Positions 61,943 through 64,000 of a stretch of DNA of 64,000 nt are shown here, piece after piece. The notes under the pieces are model-generated. The model did no database searches. It was given only the letters and a program-made list of their open reading frames with translations, and was not told where the DNA came from. Both the position numbers and the translations under genes were made by a program. The stretch is from Mobula hypostoma. Lineage: Eukaryota. The DNA is taken from NCBI RefSeq assembly GCF_963921235.1, contig NC_086097.1:187862001-187926000 (forward strand), read 5' to 3'. The stretch's first letter is position 1. Each line of letters opens with the position of its first letter.

Positions 61943-63610
61943 ATGGCTGTATTGAGCTGTTAAGCGAACCGCTAGGGAAGGACAGGTCTGAAAAAGTCCA
62001 GGAAGGGCGCGAGAGGTTTATCTCGGCCGGACTGGTGTCAGTGAAAAAGAGGTTAAAACCAGTTCCAGTGCGGATCTGGAGAGACACGGGAGCGTGTCAG
62101 TCACTAATACTGAAGAGTGTATTAGAGTTTAGCTCAGAGACCCAGACTGGGGAGGTAGAGGTCAAAGGTGTTGGGGAAGGGACAGAGTCAGTCCCTTTGC
62201 ACCAGATACATTTACAGAGCAACCTGGTCTCTGGACTAGTCACGATCGGGGTGAGGTCCGAATTACCGATGAAAGACGTGGAAGTCTTGCTCGGTAATGA
62301 CATCGCCGGAGGGATCGTGTTCCCAGTCGTGAGATTGACGGGTCAGCCTGCCAGCATGGAGGCCCCGCCCGCGATGGTGAATTTGGCTGAAACATTTCTG
62401 CCAACCTTGTATGAGACAGGGTGTAGTGAGATAAGAGGTAGTGAGGGAGCTGGGACGGACGTAGCAGTAGCCAGGAAAGAATTTGTGCAGACGCAGGAGC
62501 GAGACGAGGGGCTGATGGTTTTTGCCGAGACCGCTCTCTCTGACACAGCCTTGACAAGCTATTGTGCGGATGAGGAAGTGCTAAGGAAGAAAGGGAAATC
62601 AAGTACAGCATCCGCAGATGAGGAGTGGGGGGTGGTGCAAAAGAGTTACGGGGATGAGGTTTTTAACATGGCCCACGAGGTACCCCCCGGTGGACATTTT
62701 GCGGTGCTGGAGGAAACAGTTGGTGGAATCATGAAAGAGATTTACCGGCTGCCCAGGGGGAAGAATGTTATTGATCATGACCGACGCGAACTGAGACGGT
62801 CACCGGCTTTTGATATGCTAACAAACCTAGTCGGTGTTAGCGTGGAAATCAATGAAGCTAGGGGCCCCTTGATAAGAGGAAAAAACCATTTTGAAAAGAT
62901 TAGGATGGGATCGGTCAGATGGGAGAAGGCTATTGTTTTGGCCAGGTCTACTGATAAGGTCTCTCCCTTAATCCCCGAAGGAGTAATTAAACGACTCGCA
63001 CCCATGTGTTTGATTGTCCCGAGGAAATGCAAAGAACTGGGACGTTGGGTTATGTCTGTTACAATAGGGTAGCCAAGTAAACAACACCCATATTTTTTGA
63101 GTAATTCAGTGACTAAAGGGCTGATGAACACAGAGGTGTGTATTGGCAATTTAATACGGCTGTCTGAAGCCAGTTTGATAGTGAACCTTGAAAAAAATGA
63201 ATTCGGCCACACGAGAGTCACTTACCTGGGAATTGTGGTGACACAGGGGCAGCTGGCAGTGATGCAAGCTACAGTGCAGGCTATCGCTGACCTCCCAACC
63301 CCGACAGACAAGAGGGCCCTCAGAAGGCTCTTGGAGATGGTGGGGTACTGCAGGAAGTTTTGCAATAACTCTGCGGTCAATACCCGTCCCCCTCCTACTA
63401 AGCCCTTGCGAGAGAAAACTGAGTCGGAATGGGACGACCCTTGTTATTGTGGTCCGGGACAAAACCAAATGAGAGGTTACATTGGTCGCAATTCATCAGT
63501 GTTTTTGGCCACTATGAAGTTTGCTGAGTTGGAGCCTGGTCTAAGGGATTATTAATAACACGTGTAAAAGGAACAGAAAATGTGATGACTGTCTGTCAAG
63601 GTGTTGACAG
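61920..63610 (+). pseudogene. Protease plus deleted IN/RT/RNase H mosaic
   Basis: RDTGACQSL protease, AHE...GGH integrase zinc-binding piece, then RT pieces (KQHPY, VNLEKNEF...VTYLG, GYCRKF) and an RNase H end. The order IN-RT is Gmr1-like. Confidence 0.85.
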
Positions 63611-63727
63611 CTTCAAATTCTCTGTATTAGCTAAATAACTGTTAAAGATGTATATTGTGTATGTATCAGATAATGTAGTCATGTTTGTAATTTTTACCTC
63701 CCGGTAAAAATCCTTAAAGGGGGGAAG

Positions 63728-64000
63728 TGTTACGAGAATACACATAAAATTAAGATGTTTGCTGGCCTGGGCTAGCATCAGTGGCATCAGCAGTTGGTCT
63801 GCCACCTGCCCTCAGGGGAAGGAGAGATAAGGAACAATGGAGCAGCGTCTGGAGATGTGTAATGAAGGGATGTGGGAGGAAGAGCTGTCTGGAGCGGCTC
63901 CCCCCTTTGAACCCTGAACTGTTTGAAGTGATGGACAGGCGATACCCCAGCAGGGGGATAAAAAGGGACAGGTTCGCTAAGACAGACACACACGCCACCC
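63728..64000 (+). repeat. 3' LTR (partial)
   Basis: By eye, one mismatch to the 5' LTR over 273 bp. Confidence 0.95.

Larger units (their letters stand above)
59674..64000 (+). mobile_element. Young non-autonomous Gmr1-like Gypsy LTR retrotransposon
   Basis: 5' LTR 59674-60531 (tgttacg...cgtaaca), PBS, 3.2-kb interior, PPT aaaggggggaag and a 3' LTR from 63728 running off the window. Confidence 0.95.

Overview
Eukaryotic (vertebrate) genomic DNA, most likely from a cartilaginous fish; this is inferred from the CR1/Penelope/Rex1-dominated repeats and an HE1/V-SINE-like element. Nearly the whole window is nested transposable-element sequence: several CR1 LINE families (three near full length), Rex1/Babar and Nimb/I LINE fragments, Penelope-like elements whose terminal repeats contain hammerhead-ribozyme cores, Tc1, Harbinger and hAT DNA transposons, a solo LTR and Gypsy-type LTR elements. 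I found no convincing functional host gene, tRNA/rRNA gene or CRISPR array. Three observations stand out. (1) A decayed Gypsy LTR element (8.05-11.8 kb) has its pol region replaced by an intronless fragment of the host splicing-factor gene RBM25, which suggests LTR-mediated gene capture. (2) Penelope-associated minimal hammerhead motifs of two families recur, often as inverted pairs. (3) A very young non-autonomous Gmr1-like SCAN-gag LTR element keeps its heavily deleted pol almost in frame. All family assignments come from motif recognition by eye, not database searches, and boundaries of old fragments are approximate.
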